64,000 bases of DNA from Longimicrobiales bacterium. GTDB taxonomy: Bacteria > Gemmatimonadota > Gemmatimonadetes > Longimicrobiales > Gaopeijiaceae. The notes beneath the pieces were generated by a model that worked only from the letters and a program-made list of their open reading frames with translations, was not told the DNA's origin and did no database searches. Position 1 is the stretch's first letter; every line of letters starts with the position of its first letter. Location: positions 32,001 through 96,000 of the forward strand of contig CBDFMQ010000001.1 in the NCBI GenBank assembly GCA_965249725.1, given 5' to 3'. Positions 21,013 through 30,845 of this stretch are shown piece after piece. The translations under genes and the position numbers were made by a program.

Positions 21013-22050
21013 GTGGACGTAGACCCCCGAGACCCGTTCTGGCTGTCATCGTACTAGCGCTCGCAGGTGCTGTCCTTTTGGTTCGGATTCCTCCGGGACG
21101 GCCCGGCCGGCGACGGCCTATTGGTTTCCGGCACGGTAGAGGCTACGGAGGGCCAACTCGCCTTCCAGTCGGCAGGTCGAATTCTGGAGGTGAACGCGAG
21201 CGAGGGCGATCGGGTGACCGCCGGCCAGCAGTTGGCCACCCTCGACCGGTCCGAACTGGATGCCCGCCGAGCCCAGCTTCTCGCTCAGCTCGCTGCGGCT
21301 CGCGCCGGTCTGGCGGAGCTTCGGAGCGGATTCCGCGAGGAGGAGGTGGCTCAAGGGCGTGCCGGCCTCCGGGCTTCCGAGGCGCAGGTAGCCGACGCCG
21401 AGCGTGATCTGGCCCGCGCCCGGCTCCTGCACGACGGTGGGGCCGTGAGCGAGGAGGCGTTGGAGAAGAGCGAGCTCAAGTTGAGCCTGGCTCGTATCCA
21501 AGCCGACGAACGCGGGGAGGCGGTTCGCCTTCTCGAGTCAGGGCCCCGTCCGGAGAGGGTCGAGGCTCAGGCCGCCCAGGTGGCCGCGGCAGAGGCCGGG
21601 ATTCGCGTCGTGGACGCCGCCCTGTCCTTTGCGGCGATCACGGCTCCCTTCGACGGCGTGGTGACCGTGAAGCACCGAGAGCCGGGTGAGACCGCTCCGC
21701 CGGGGGCACCCGTCCTGACTCTTATGAATCCGGACGATCGTTGGGTACGCATCTACGTGCCGGAAGACCGGATCGGTCGGGTGAGCCTGGGGCAGGCGGC
21801 CACCATCACCTCCGACAGCTATCCGGACCGAAGCCACGAGGGGCGGGTGACCTTCATCGCTTCCGAAGCGGAATTCACCCCGAAGAATGTCCAGACGCCT
21901 GAGGAGCGGGTGAAGCTCGTCTATGCCGTGAAGGTCCAGGTGGTGGGCGACGGGGGGTACGAACTCAAGCCGGGGATGCCTGCCGACGTGCGACTGGACG
22001 ACGGCCAACTGGCCGAAGGGCAGCCTGGCGACCCGGGCGCGACTCCGTGA
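21009..22050 (+). pseudogene. HlyD/efflux RND periplasmic adaptor, frameshifted at ~21076-21079
   Basis: Coupled ATG and TM in one frame; SGTVEA...AEFTPKNVQT body in the +1 frame; removing one T joins them. Confidence 0.75.
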
Positions 22051-23021
22051 ACGATGAAACCGGTCCGGCGGTCCGGACCGACGGGCTGACCCGATCGTTC
22101 GGGCCCCTGGTCGCTGTCGACGGCCTATCCCTCGAGGTAGCGAGGGGAGAGCTGTTTGGCCTCGTTGGCCCCGATGGCGCGGGAAAGACGACCACGCTGC
22201 GCATGCTGGCCGGCGTCCTGCCCCCGACGAGCGGGCGGGCATGGGTCTTCGAAACGGACGTCGGTGAGGACCCGGAGGCCGCTAAGGCCAAGACCGCCTA
22301 TATGTCGCAGCGCTTCGGCCTGTACCATGACCTGACGGTGAGCGAGAACCTGGACTTCTACGCCGATCTGTTCGGTGTTCCCCGATCGCAGCGACCGGAG
22401 AGGCTCGCTCGACTGTACGAATTCTCGGGCCTCGCTCCCTTCCGGGACCGCCGCGCCGAGGCTCTCTCCGGTGGCATGAAGCAGAAGCTCGGTCTCTCCT
22501 GTGCCCTGATCCATCGCCCGAGTCTGCTTCTCCTGGACGAGCCGACCTTCGGGGTGGACCCGATCTCACGACGCGATCTCTGGCTGATCATCCACGAGAT
22601 GGTCGACGAGGGCGTGACGGTGGTGGTGAGCACGGCCTACATGGACGAGGCCGAGCGATTCGATCGGCTGGCGTTTCTCGAGGCGGGCAAGACCCTCTCC
22701 GTGGATACACCCGATGCACTGCGAAAGGGCTTGTCAGGGCGGCTGCTTTCAGTGTGGGCAGGTGATCGCTCGCGGGCGGCCCGTGACGTGTTGAGAGCGA
22801 CCCCGTCCGTCGCCAGTGCCTCTGTGTTCGGAGACCGCCTGCACGTAGTGGTCGACGACGCGGAAGCGGGTATGGATGTCGTCCGGGCCGCCCTCGGCGC
22901 GGAGGGGTTCTCCGAGGTGGACGTAGACACCATCGCGGAGCCCTCGCTCGAGGACGTGTTCATGGATCAGGTGGAAGGAACCGGCGGAGGAAGCGGCGGA
23001 GATGGCGATGACATCGTCTGA
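22047..23021 (+). CDS. ABC transporter ATP-binding protein
   Basis: GPDGAGKTT, LSGGMKQK, LLLDEP. Confidence 0.92.
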   Translation: MNDETGPAVRTDGLTRSFGPLVAVDGLSLEVARGELFGLVGPDGAGKTTTLRMLAGVLPPTSGRAWVFETDVGEDPEAAKAKTAYMSQRFGLYHDLTVSENLDFYADLFGVPRSQRPERLARLYEFSGLAPFRDRRAEALSGGMKQKLGLSCALIHRPSLLLLDEPTFGVDPISRRDLWLIIHEMVDEGVTVVVSTAYMDEAERFDRLAFLEAGKTLSVDTPDALRKGLSGRLLSVWAGDRSRAARDVLRATPSVASASVFGDRLHVVVDDAEAGMDVVRAALGAEGFSEVDVDTIAEPSLEDVFMDQVEGTGGGSGGDGDDIV

Positions 23022-23350
23022 CGACTCCCCGCGAGGCGGAGGGCCGGTCACCGACGAGCACGCCGTCACGGCGAATGGTCTGACCTGTCGTTTCGGCGAT
23101 TTCGTGGCCGTGGACCGAGTCTCTTTCGAGGTGAGACCCGGCGAGATCTTCGGGTTCTTGGGACCGAATGGGGCCGGAAAGACGACCACGATCAAGATGC
23201 TCACCGGGCTCATTCCTCCCACCTCCGGCGAGGGTCGTGTCGCGGGTCTCGACGTGGGAACGCAGCGCCCGGCCATCAAACGCCGCATCGGATATATGTC
23301 CCAGCTGTTCTCTCTCTACGCCGACCTGACGGTGGATGAGAACATCCGCA
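23008..23350 (+). pseudogene. Second ABC ATP-binding protein truncated at the prophage boundary
   Basis: Walker A and Q-loop present; signature and Walker B missing after DLTVDENIR. Confidence 0.8.
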
Positions 23351-23415
23351 TCTACTACAATCGAGCGAATACAACACTCTGTGGCTTGGCATATGGCAAA
23401 CCGTTGTTTTCGCTG

Positions 23416-24666
23416 TCACCCCTGAATCCTCCTTTCGATGTACTGAACGGCGGCCCGGTAGGTGTCAGGAATAAGGTGGGCGTAGGTCTCCTCGACGACC
23501 TTGGTCGTGTCACCTAGCAGGGTGGCGATCACATTGAGCGGAACGCCGTCCTGGGCCAGCCATGAGGCATAGGTGTGACGGCCACTGTGTAAGGTGAGCC
23601 CGTCGCCTTCCCTTCCGTACTTGATCCCGGCCAGCTCGAAGGCGTCCTGGGTCCAGCGAGCCGAGGTGCCGGCCGCCACAGGCTGGTCCCCGCGATGAGG
23701 GCTCAGAATCAAGTACCGCTCCCCGGCATACCCTCTGCGGATGTGATCTTCGATGATCGTGACGAGGCTCTCGGTGATCGGTACGTCCCTTTCACCACGC
23801 CGCGTCTTCGGCCTCCAGGAGTAAACATCCTTTCGGGACTGTACCCGGATCAGTGGTTCGCTGCCATCTAGAAGGACATCAACGCCAGTCCTTAGATGTA
23901 GTATCTCGCCTTGGCGCAGGCCCGCGAGGAACGCAATCGCGATCATGGCGCGGTGTGGGGTCCCAATCATGCTACGATCCAGGTCCGCCCACTCCGGCGG
24001 AGTCAGGAACACGGCCCGCGTGGGCCGGATCTCGGGCATGTCGATGCCCTTCCAGGGGTTGCTACGGATCGCGGGCTGTACGTTGCGGCGAGCGAGCAGA
24101 TCGGCCTCCTCGTCCATGACCATGCTCCAGAGTGCCCCGCACACGACCTGGCAAGCCCCTTGGCTGGCAGGTGCCCACGGACGCCCCGCTGTGCTTGCTT
24201 TCGGGCCGTGCAGGTACGCGCGCGCCTCGTCGACCGTCAGCTCTTCCATAGGGAAGTCCGGGCCGACGTCTCTCTCAAGGTGCCCGAGAACGGTCCGATA
24301 CTTCTTGATGGTGGCCCTGCCGCGTGTGGCCTCTTTGAGCCTCAGGAACCTCTCGACGGCCGGCCCGAGCCTAGGCGAATCAGAGCCCATGCGCCGCAGC
24401 TTGGTGGCGTCGCCGTTACGTAGCGCGGCCTGAGCGTCGGTGATGTGCATGTCGCCACGGCGGATCGCCTCAAGCACGTTCCAGTCGCCACGATCCATGA
24501 GCTGAGTCAAAACGGTATGGCGCTCGGTGGCCACATCCCGATCGCCGGTCCTGAGCGAGATCGCCAGGCGGCCGCCGTTGAACCGCGAGTGCCTACGGTC
24601 GAAGTAGGCGCGGCCAGCTCGCCATACGAGGCCCTTGGGGGCACGTGAGCGCTTTCTAGGACTCAC
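23416..24666 (-). CDS. int: Tyrosine recombinase (integrase)
   Basis: GLRQGE, LHSGRHTYAS, TYAH. Confidence 0.93.
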   Translation of the reverse strand: MSPRKRSRAPKGLVWRAGRAYFDRRHSRFNGGRLAISLRTGDRDVATERHTVLTQLMDRGDWNVLEAIRRGDMHITDAQAALRNGDATKLRRMGSDSPRLGPAVERFLRLKEATRGRATIKKYRTVLGHLERDVGPDFPMEELTVDEARAYLHGPKASTAGRPWAPASQGACQVVCGALWSMVMDEEADLLARRNVQPAIRSNPWKGIDMPEIRPTRAVFLTPPEWADLDRSMIGTPHRAMIAIAFLAGLRQGEILHLRTGVDVLLDGSEPLIRVQSRKDVYSWRPKTRRGERDVPITESLVTIIEDHIRRGYAGERYLILSPHRGDQPVAAGTSARWTQDAFELAGIKYGREGDGLTLHSGRHTYASWLAQDGVPLNVIATLLGDTTKVVEETYAHLIPDTYRAAVQYIERRIQG

Positions 24667-24901
24667 TGCCCACCAGCTCCTCACACTCTTGGACGAAGCG
24701 ATCGACAGCCTTCGGCGAGATTCGGTAGCGTGCCTTGCTAGAGCGCGACACGTTCAGCACCCCCGGAGACTTCAGGTGGCCTTCGTGGATCATCTTGAGG
24801 ACGAAGCCGGTGGACATTCCGCCGATGCGCTCTGCCGCCTGTTTCGGGGAGAGCCAGTTGTACTCGGCCTCGTACTGCTCTGGGGTTTTCGTTCTGCTCA
24901 C
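24656..24901 (-). CDS. Excisionase-like HTH protein
   Basis: WLSPKQAAERIG...YRIS..AVDRF; abuts int. Confidence 0.75.
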   Translation of the reverse strand: MSRTKTPEQYEAEYNWLSPKQAAERIGGMSTGFVLKMIHEGHLKSPGVLNVSRSSKARYRISPKAVDRFVQECEELVGSES

Positions 24902-24902
24902 C

Positions 24903-25823
24903 TCACCACGCCTCTACGGCTTCAGTGGCCCAGGGAGTTCGGGCGCACGACCCGCTGCCCCGCTCCACCATCCGCCGGAACAAAAGGACCGCGCTGTCTT
25001 GCAGTGCGCGTTTCGTGGGCTCCAGCGCGGCCCCGGCAGCGGCCCCGGCAGCGTCCCAGGCAGCGTCCCCGGCGGCGGCCCTGGCGACGGCCCAGGCAGC
25101 GGCCCCGGCAGCGGCCCAGGCAGCGTCCCAGGCAGCGTCCCAGGCAGCGGCCCAGGCGGCGGCCCCGGCGGCCCCGGCGGCGGCCCCGGCGGCGGCCCTG
25201 GTGGCGTCCACGGCGGCGGCCCTGGCGGCGGCCCAGGCAGCGGCCCCGGCAGCGTCCCAGGCAGCGGCCCCGGCGGCGGCCCTGGTGGCGGCCCAGGCAG
25301 CGTCCCCGGCAGCGTCCCAGGCAGCGGCCCAGGCGGCGGCCCTGGTGGCGGCCCAGGCGGCGACCCCGTCCGATCTGCGAACAGCTCCTAACCTCCCTCG
25401 CGCAGCATCGAGCGTTTCCATGTTTACGATCTCGGGGAGCGACTCCAGTCCCTCAGCGTCCGTGTCCAGGCGGGCCAGCCGCAGCCATGCGGGCGTATAG
25501 GTACGGACGATCCAATCCATCGCCATGAAGCCGCGAGCCTCGGCCTGGCCATCGCTCGCCGTGCCGACGAGCGCCGGGATGAGTGGCTTCAGCCGCCCTC
25601 GTCGCTCGACGTCCAGACGGTCGTTGAGGTCGCGCCCGAACGCGCCGAGCACCGGGCAGACGCATTTCGGTTCATCGCTGTGCGGCTCGCGCGCCAGCCA
25701 GGCGACGGCCTCCATGAGGCACACGCCTTCGTCCGGGCCCTGGTGCGATCCATTTTCCAGCCTCAGGCGCCCGAACTCCTCCGCGCTCCGCCAGAACCAC
25801 GGTTCGCTACGTGTCTCTTCCAT
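24903..25823 (-). CDS. Phage protein with long Ala-rich tetrapeptide (AAW/G-A/D) repeat
   Basis: Globular N-terminus (CLMEAVAW..CVCPV) followed by 12-bp degenerate repeats. Confidence 0.75.
   Translation of the reverse strand: MEETRSEPWFWRSAEEFGRLRLENGSHQGPDEGVCLMEAVAWLAREPHSDEPKCVCPVLGAFGRDLNDRLDVERRGRLKPLIPALVGTASDGQAEARGFMAMDWIVRTYTPAWLRLARLDTDAEGLESLPEIVNMETLDAARGRLGAVRRSDGVAAWAATRAAAWAAAWDAAGDAAWAATRAAAGAAAWDAAGAAAWAAARAAAVDATRAAAGAAAGAAGAAAWAAAWDAAWDAAWAAAGAAAWAVARAAAGDAAWDAAGAAAGAALEPTKRALQDSAVLLFRRMVERGSGSCARTPWATEAVEAW
25025..25362. repeat. Degenerate 12-bp tandem array, roughly 28 units
   Basis: gcagcggcccag/gcagcgtcccag/gcggccccggcg units. Confidence 0.9.
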
Positions 25824-25826
25824 GAC

Positions 25827-25952
25827 TTAAGCTCCCTTTGTGTCTTGTTCGTCGTCGTCCCAATCGAACGGGTCCACGCTTTTCATCGCCCAGTGCGCTG
25901 CGACCAGCAGAGCGAAACCGAGGACCACCACAGCGAGCCCGAGCCAATCCAT
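25827..25952 (-). CDS. 41-aa single-TM peptide with acidic tail
   Basis: MDWLGLAVVVLGFALLVAAHW...; read manually. Confidence 0.5.
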   Translation of the reverse strand: MDWLGLAVVVLGFALLVAAHWAMKSVDPFDWDDDEQDTKGA

Positions 25953-26032
25953 CTATCGGTTGTCCTCTTCCACGCTCGGGATTCCGAGTGCCCCGGTAAG
26001 ATCGCGCCGCTTCGACTCCAGCCCTTCGAGCC

Positions 26033-26191
26033 TCACGAGCGAGTGTCGATGCACGTGCGGGCGAGCTCGCCGAAGCCCGTGGCCGCGTCGGCCAACCGCG
26101 CGTTGTGCGCCTCGGCCCTCCACCAGCCGACGGCCGTGAAGAGCAGACCCAAGAGCAGCAGGAACCGTTTCAGCGCTTCGACGTCGATCAT
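26033..26191 (-). CDS. 52-aa single-TM peptide
   Basis: MIDVEALKRFLLLLGLLFTAVGWW; ATGA coupling. Confidence 0.5.
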   Translation of the reverse strand: MIDVEALKRFLLLLGLLFTAVGWWRAEAHNARLADAATGFGELARTCIDTRS

Positions 26192-26316
26192 CGGTGGTGA
26201 GCCTCCTGGCTCTCGGACTCCTCGGCTTCTTCGCTGGCCTCGAACCACGCGAGCCCGGCGAGCAGCGCAAGGCACGGCACCACCACGTCGAGCGCTATCC
26301 ACTGGGCGGCGGTCAT
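26188..26316 (-). CDS. 42-aa single-TM peptide with acidic tail
   Basis: MTAAQWIALDVVVPCLALLAGLAWF...; ATGA coupling at both ends. Confidence 0.5.
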   Translation of the reverse strand: MTAAQWIALDVVVPCLALLAGLAWFEASEEAEESESQEAHHR

Positions 26317-26663
26317 TGGCCTGTCCTCACGACCCAGACGGCGCACCGCCGTCCGGTATGCGGAGAATTTCTACGGTGCCCGGAGTCGCGGATCATGCCG
26401 AGCTTCACGAGCTCGTTACGGCGGGCGCATACGCTCTGGCGCAGCATCGACAGGCCGCCTTCTATCTCCGCGTCGGTGGCCCCAGCGTCGCCCCGTGCCA
26501 GGATGTAGCCGTAGACCTCGGCCCGCTTGGTCGGCGCACATTCAGCTGCGCTCCGTGCCGCCTCGCGCGACGTGTCGGAGCCCTTCTGGTGCGGGGGCAG
26601 CCCTCCGTAGGGCTGCCGCTCATCGAGGAAGAGCGGCAGGCCCGTCAGTTCGGCCGGCCTCAC
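26313..26663 (-). CDS. Winged-helix phage protein
   Basis: GATDAEIE...SVCARRNELVKLG.IRDSG. Confidence 0.7.
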   Translation of the reverse strand: MRPAELTGLPLFLDERQPYGGLPPHQKGSDTSREAARSAAECAPTKRAEVYGYILARGDAGATDAEIEGGLSMLRQSVCARRNELVKLGMIRDSGHRRNSPHTGRRCAVWVVRTGQ

Positions 26664-27796
26664 ACCGGCCTCGGGATGGAGTGTTCTGCCCGCAGAGGTA
26701 CTGCCACAAAGACCACCGGGTCGCCGTCTACGGGTTCGATGCGTATCGGCCTAGTGGCTTCGCTCAATTTTTCGCTCAATCTCAGGATCATGCGTCCACT
26801 GACACTGCGCGCGATCTGGCGCAGATACACAGCGTTGACAGCGAACGTGATGTCTCCCTGAACGTCGGCGGCGAGCGTCTCCTCGTATCCGCCCCTGTCT
26901 GTGGAGTCCGAGCGGAAGAGCGCCCTACCGTCGTAGAGATCGACCTGAAGCCGGAAGAAATCCTCGCGCATGACGGAAACAGCCAGCCCACAGGCTCTGG
27001 CAACGGATGTCGCTTCCAGCTCGGCGCTGACCGGGCAATCGGCGGCGTCAGGGGTCACACGATCGAGGTCGGGATACTTCCCTTCCTTTTGCGATACCCG
27101 AAGCGTCTCGTACCCAGCGGCGAAATCGGCCCAGCGGCGATCCCAGCGAAAGCGTACATCCTTATCGCCCGCGCGCTTGGCCAATGCCGCCAGCAGAGGT
27201 GCGTCCTGTCGCGCAATCATCAGGGACAGCCCGGCGGGCGCCTCGATCCGTGAGTCGTACCGGCCGAGCACGTGGCCGCTCGTGGCTTCGACTGTGAGGT
27301 GCCCTTCGCGCTCCCGAAAATGCACACAGGCGAGGAGCGGGCGGGCGACGTCCTCGGTGGACGCGGCCCAGGTGGTCCGGTCCAGCGCGTCGCGTAGTAC
27401 GGATGCCGGCACCTCCACCTCTCCCGCCGACTCGATGTCCCCGAACAGAGGCCAGTCGCTAACCGATAGCGTGGGCAGGGTCACCGAGGCGGAACCGCCG
27501 CGCGCCGTGCGTGGCCCTTCACCGTTTCCAGACAACTCGATCGTCTCGCCGGATGCGTGCTCGGCGAGCGCCAACAGGCCGTCGGGCCGGATCAACATCC
27601 GGCCTTCCTCGCACACGTCGCACTCGACCTGCACAGAGCCCCAACGCTGCAGGTCCGTGGCCTGGAGCTCCAACCCGTCCTCGCGGGCCGCAACATGGAT
27701 CATGTCCAGCACCGGCAAAACGGAGCGGGACGCCTGGACCTTGGAAACAGTGGCCAGTGCGGTGCGTAACGCCTTGGCTTCGACGGTTGCTTTCAC
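26660..27796 (-). CDS. dnaN: Phage-encoded DNA polymerase III beta sliding clamp
   Basis: LPVL, ATDL, ATSGHVL, GKYPD, N..YL; 378 aa. Confidence 0.85.
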   Translation of the reverse strand: MKATVEAKALRTALATVSKVQASRSVLPVLDMIHVAAREDGLELQATDLQRWGSVQVECDVCEEGRMLIRPDGLLALAEHASGETIELSGNGEGPRTARGGSASVTLPTLSVSDWPLFGDIESAGEVEVPASVLRDALDRTTWAASTEDVARPLLACVHFREREGHLTVEATSGHVLGRYDSRIEAPAGLSLMIARQDAPLLAALAKRAGDKDVRFRWDRRWADFAAGYETLRVSQKEGKYPDLDRVTPDAADCPVSAELEATSVARACGLAVSVMREDFFRLQVDLYDGRALFRSDSTDRGGYEETLAADVQGDITFAVNAVYLRQIARSVSGRMILRLSEKLSEATRPIRIEPVDGDPVVFVAVPLRAEHSIPRPV

Positions 27797-28059
27797 GTGG
27801 CCAGCTCCTCTTCATGGATCGCCAGCGCGAGGCGTTCCAGCTTGGCAAGCTCGGCGACCATACTCTCGATGTCGGCGCCCAGCCGGAACCGCTCGTCCTC
27901 GTCGTCATTCGCCCTGCGTCTTTTGGCCTCAAGCCGAGCAATTGTGCTCCGACACGAACGCAGCTCGCCGAACACCCGCGCTCGCCCCTCGCCGGGCGGC
28001 GGGATCTTGGGCGCCGCGCCTGTGCCAGCCTGTGTCTCCGTGGACGGCTCCATGCTCAT
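27793..28059 (-). CDS. Hypothetical phage protein
   Basis: Translationally coupled to neighbours. Confidence 0.5.
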   Translation of the reverse strand: MSMEPSTETQAGTGAAPKIPPPGEGRARVFGELRSCRSTIARLEAKRRRANDDEDERFRLGADIESMVAELAKLERLALAIHEEELAT

Positions 28060-28166
28060 CGCCGGGCGAGTGCGTTGGCGTGCTGGATGGCGCTGTGGTC
28101 CCAGTCGAGCCGGGCCTCGATCGCCCAGTACTCGTGACGGGCCAGCTCGCGCTCCTCGTTCTGCAT

Positions 28167-28904
28167 CTAGTGGCCCTCCACCTGGGCGGTCGGCCGGGTG
28201 TGGTGATCCCCGAGCGGCAGTTCGCCGTCGTCGGTAGGCTCGGGCTCGGCTTGTTCCAACTCTTCGGCCTCGATCACCTCCGGTGGATCGCCACCGTCGA
28301 GCTGCTCGGCGAGCGCGGCCTTCCGGTCGGCGATCGAGGGGCCGATGTCCTCGGCTTCCTCGGCTGTGTGAAGCCCTACCGCGAGTTCCGGGCAGTGCGT
28401 CCGGGACCAGAATGCGGCGGCACGGTAACGCAGCATCTGCTCCGGCATCGTCTTCCACTTCGAGCCGTTCTTCGTCGCCCAGCCCTCCGCCTTCGCCATC
28501 CCGACCGTGACCAGTGTTCCGATCAGCTCCTCGCCATCCCCTAGGTCCACCGCCACGGCTCGGCAGCCCCATGAGTCCTCGCCCTCCGTGCCCTCGAAGC
28601 GGAAGCGCAGGGGAGAGAAGCGCCCCGAACGGTTCACGGCAGCGATCAGGAACTGAGCGCTCCAGCTCGGACGGCCGTTGATGATGTGAAGGTTCTGCAT
28701 CACGGCCAGGACCGGGACCTGAGTGCGCTGGGCCATCTCCATCGCCACAAGCACGTTCGAGGCATTGTCCCGGTAGTCGCTCGGGATGATCGAACTCTCC
28801 GATAGCGCCTTGGCCTTGCGAGCTACCAGATCCCAGCCCTCTTCCGTGTCGGTCGATAGGATTCCGGGCTCGGTGCGAGTCAGCGCAGTTCCGTTGCTAG
28901 ACAT
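28167..28904 (-). CDS. RecT/Bet-like ssDNA annealing protein
   Basis: VMQNLHIINGRPSWS, KWKTMPEQMLRYRAA; next to the exonuclease. Confidence 0.75.
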   Translation of the reverse strand: MSSNGTALTRTEPGILSTDTEEGWDLVARKAKALSESSIIPSDYRDNASNVLVAMEMAQRTQVPVLAVMQNLHIINGRPSWSAQFLIAAVNRSGRFSPLRFRFEGTEGEDSWGCRAVAVDLGDGEELIGTLVTVGMAKAEGWATKNGSKWKTMPEQMLRYRAAAFWSRTHCPELAVGLHTAEEAEDIGPSIADRKAALAEQLDGGDPPEVIEAEELEQAEPEPTDDGELPLGDHHTRPTAQVEGH

Positions 28905-29793
28905 CGGTGTCCTCCTCGTTGCGGGTGGCCCATCCAGGTAGGCGCAGCGTCAGGAACTCGTCGCCGTAGCCCGGCCAGTAGTCCTCGGCTTCGCAGTACT
29001 TGAAGTGATCGAGAAGCCGCGTGACCTCGTCGCTCGTGATGCGCAGATCATCCTCGTCGATGAGGTAGCAGGCCACCGAGTAGGGTGGAGCCGATTCGAC
29101 GGTGACCAGCGCGGACGCCGTGCACTCGGTGCCGAGAGCCGCCAGTCCACGCCGATAGAATGCCTCCCTGCGGTGGTAGCCACGCCGCGCGGCATCCGAG
29201 CCGAATACCCACGGTGAAGCGTCGCGCGTGCTCTTGAGGTTCACCGACAGGTTGGCACGCTCGACCAACCGATCGGGCCGGATCTTGCAAAGCACCCCGG
29301 TCTCGGGGTCCTCAAAGACGCCCGTGACCTCCAATTCGCCACGGCCCTCGAACAGGCTGCCGGATCGTGGGTGCCTTAGCACCGCATCTCGCATGCCGAG
29401 CACCGATGCGTAGTCGGCCTCCGCGAGCACCGCGATCGTCGGATCATCCGGCGCTTCGCCCTTGCCTGGGTCGTGGGACTTGCAGAAGCTCTGGCCGTCC
29501 CGGTAGACCGAGCCCTGGTATGCGCAGCGCTCTCCGTCCTTCCTCTTCCCCTCGCACCGGCCCAGCGTCACGTAACGGCCCTCGAACGTCTCGGGCTCCA
29601 GGATCGCCAGGTGTAGCGCTGTGCCCCGCTCTAGCGCCGGGGTCGCGCTGCGTGGCGCCTGGAGCGTGTAGCGGTAATGCTCGGGGCACCGCCTGAATTC
29701 TTCCAGCAACGACGCGCTCATCGCCGGGAGCGCCAAGTAGTCGGACAGCGCTAGGTCGCGCGTCCATCCTGGGTTAAGGGTTGCCGTTGTCAT
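28897..29793 (-). CDS. RecE/exonuclease VIII-like PD-(D/E)XK nuclease (DUF3799-like)
   Basis: GTALHLAILEP, CKIRPD, NLKST. Confidence 0.8.
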   Translation of the reverse strand: MTTATLNPGWTRDLALSDYLALPAMSASLLEEFRRCPEHYRYTLQAPRSATPALERGTALHLAILEPETFEGRYVTLGRCEGKRKDGERCAYQGSVYRDGQSFCKSHDPGKGEAPDDPTIAVLAEADYASVLGMRDAVLRHPRSGSLFEGRGELEVTGVFEDPETGVLCKIRPDRLVERANLSVNLKSTRDASPWVFGSDAARRGYHRREAFYRRGLAALGTECTASALVTVESAPPYSVACYLIDEDDLRITSDEVTRLLDHFKYCEAEDYWPGYGDEFLTLRLPGWATRNEEDTDV

Positions 29794-29928
29794 CGTTTCC
29801 CTCCTATCTTCCGGTTGTGGGTTGTTGGATCGAACGCCCCGGGACTGGTTTGGTCGCCTGCCCGGGGCGTTTCGTTTTATTCCCGCGTCCGCTCATGACC
29901 ACACCTTGCGGGTACAATCAGACATCGG

Positions 29929-30159
29929 ATGACGACCTTTCGGATTCGTGACATGGATGATCGCCTGCTTGAGTATTCAATGGCGACCATGAAAGACGGC
30001 CTCGCAGAATTTGCCTTACTGAGATTTCGGACCCCTCACGGATGGCAAACTTTCGTGGCCACTGAAACACACCTGAGAGAATTGGCTGCGGCTCTGCTGA
30101 AGCTGGCATCTGTCATGACTCCTGATGATCTGGAGCCGCCAAGCTCCCTAGATCCCTAG
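29929..30159 (+). CDS. Counter-oriented small moron protein
   Basis: Lower-GC ORF antisense to the early operon. Confidence 0.45.
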   Translation: MTTFRIRDMDDRLLEYSMATMKDGLAEFALLRFRTPHGWQTFVATETHLRELAAALLKLASVMTPDDLEPPSSLDP

Positions 30160-30711
30160 GGGGCCGGCGGCAGGTTCGCGGACCTTCATTTCGGTACTGC
30201 CCTCCCACACCTTGCGGACCGCACTCACGGGGCTGGCCGCCCGGTAGTAGCTGTCCTGACGATGAGCGTACTCTGCTGCGAGCTCTGCCCCGGACTTGCC
30301 GGTGGGGTCGACTTGCGTCCCGTCCCGCACCATCCACTCGAAATCGCACAGGTAGCACGTGTGCTCGGTGTGGCCGTCCTCGTAGTCCTCGTAGAGCACG
30401 GGCAGGCAGAGCTTCGAGCACTCGCGGCACTCGCGCAGGCCCTTGCGGTCGGTGAAGTCCCGGGCGAGATCGGCGCGCATGGTCTCCGGCCGCTCCTCGC
30501 CCTGCCGGTCGATGTAGACGACATCGACGCACGTCTCACACGCCGGCAGATCGTCCGGCACACGCCCGTTCATGCCGCCCGCAGGCACCAGGCCTATCCG
30601 CTTGCGAAGCGAATGCGCGTCCTCGCCGAGCATCTCCGCTCGTGCTTCCTCGCCATCGTCCCACGCCATCTCCGACGCCGCCTCCAATTCCCTGAGTTCC
30701 TTGACGCTCAT
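30148..30711 (-). CDS. Cys-rich (three CxxC) hypothetical phage protein
   Basis: GAGGAGG RBS; CETC, CREC, CYLC. Confidence 0.55.
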   Translation of the reverse strand: MSVKELRELEAASEMAWDDGEEARAEMLGEDAHSLRKRIGLVPAGGMNGRVPDDLPACETCVDVVYIDRQGEERPETMRADLARDFTDRKGLRECRECSKLCLPVLYEDYEDGHTEHTCYLCDFEWMVRDGTQVDPTGKSGAELAAEYAHRQDSYYRAASPVSAVRKVWEGSTEMKVREPAAGPLGI

Positions 30712-30845
30712 CTGCCTTACCTCCTCGCTTCTGGTGCATGAACCTCGGTGCGCTTCACCCCGCCACCTCCTCGGCTCCCTCACCCGCCGTGACATTAATC
30801 CTCGGCGTTGAAGGCCTCCATTCGGTCTAGCCTGCTGCTGCTCGC

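Noticed and set aside
23340..23415. tRNA or defined att core at the left prophage end
   Set aside because: No tRNA seen; the core cannot be defined without attR.
25025..25362. Possible CRISPR array or DGR repeat
   Set aside because: Contiguous 12-bp coding repeats with no spacers; no cas or reverse transcriptase genes in the window.
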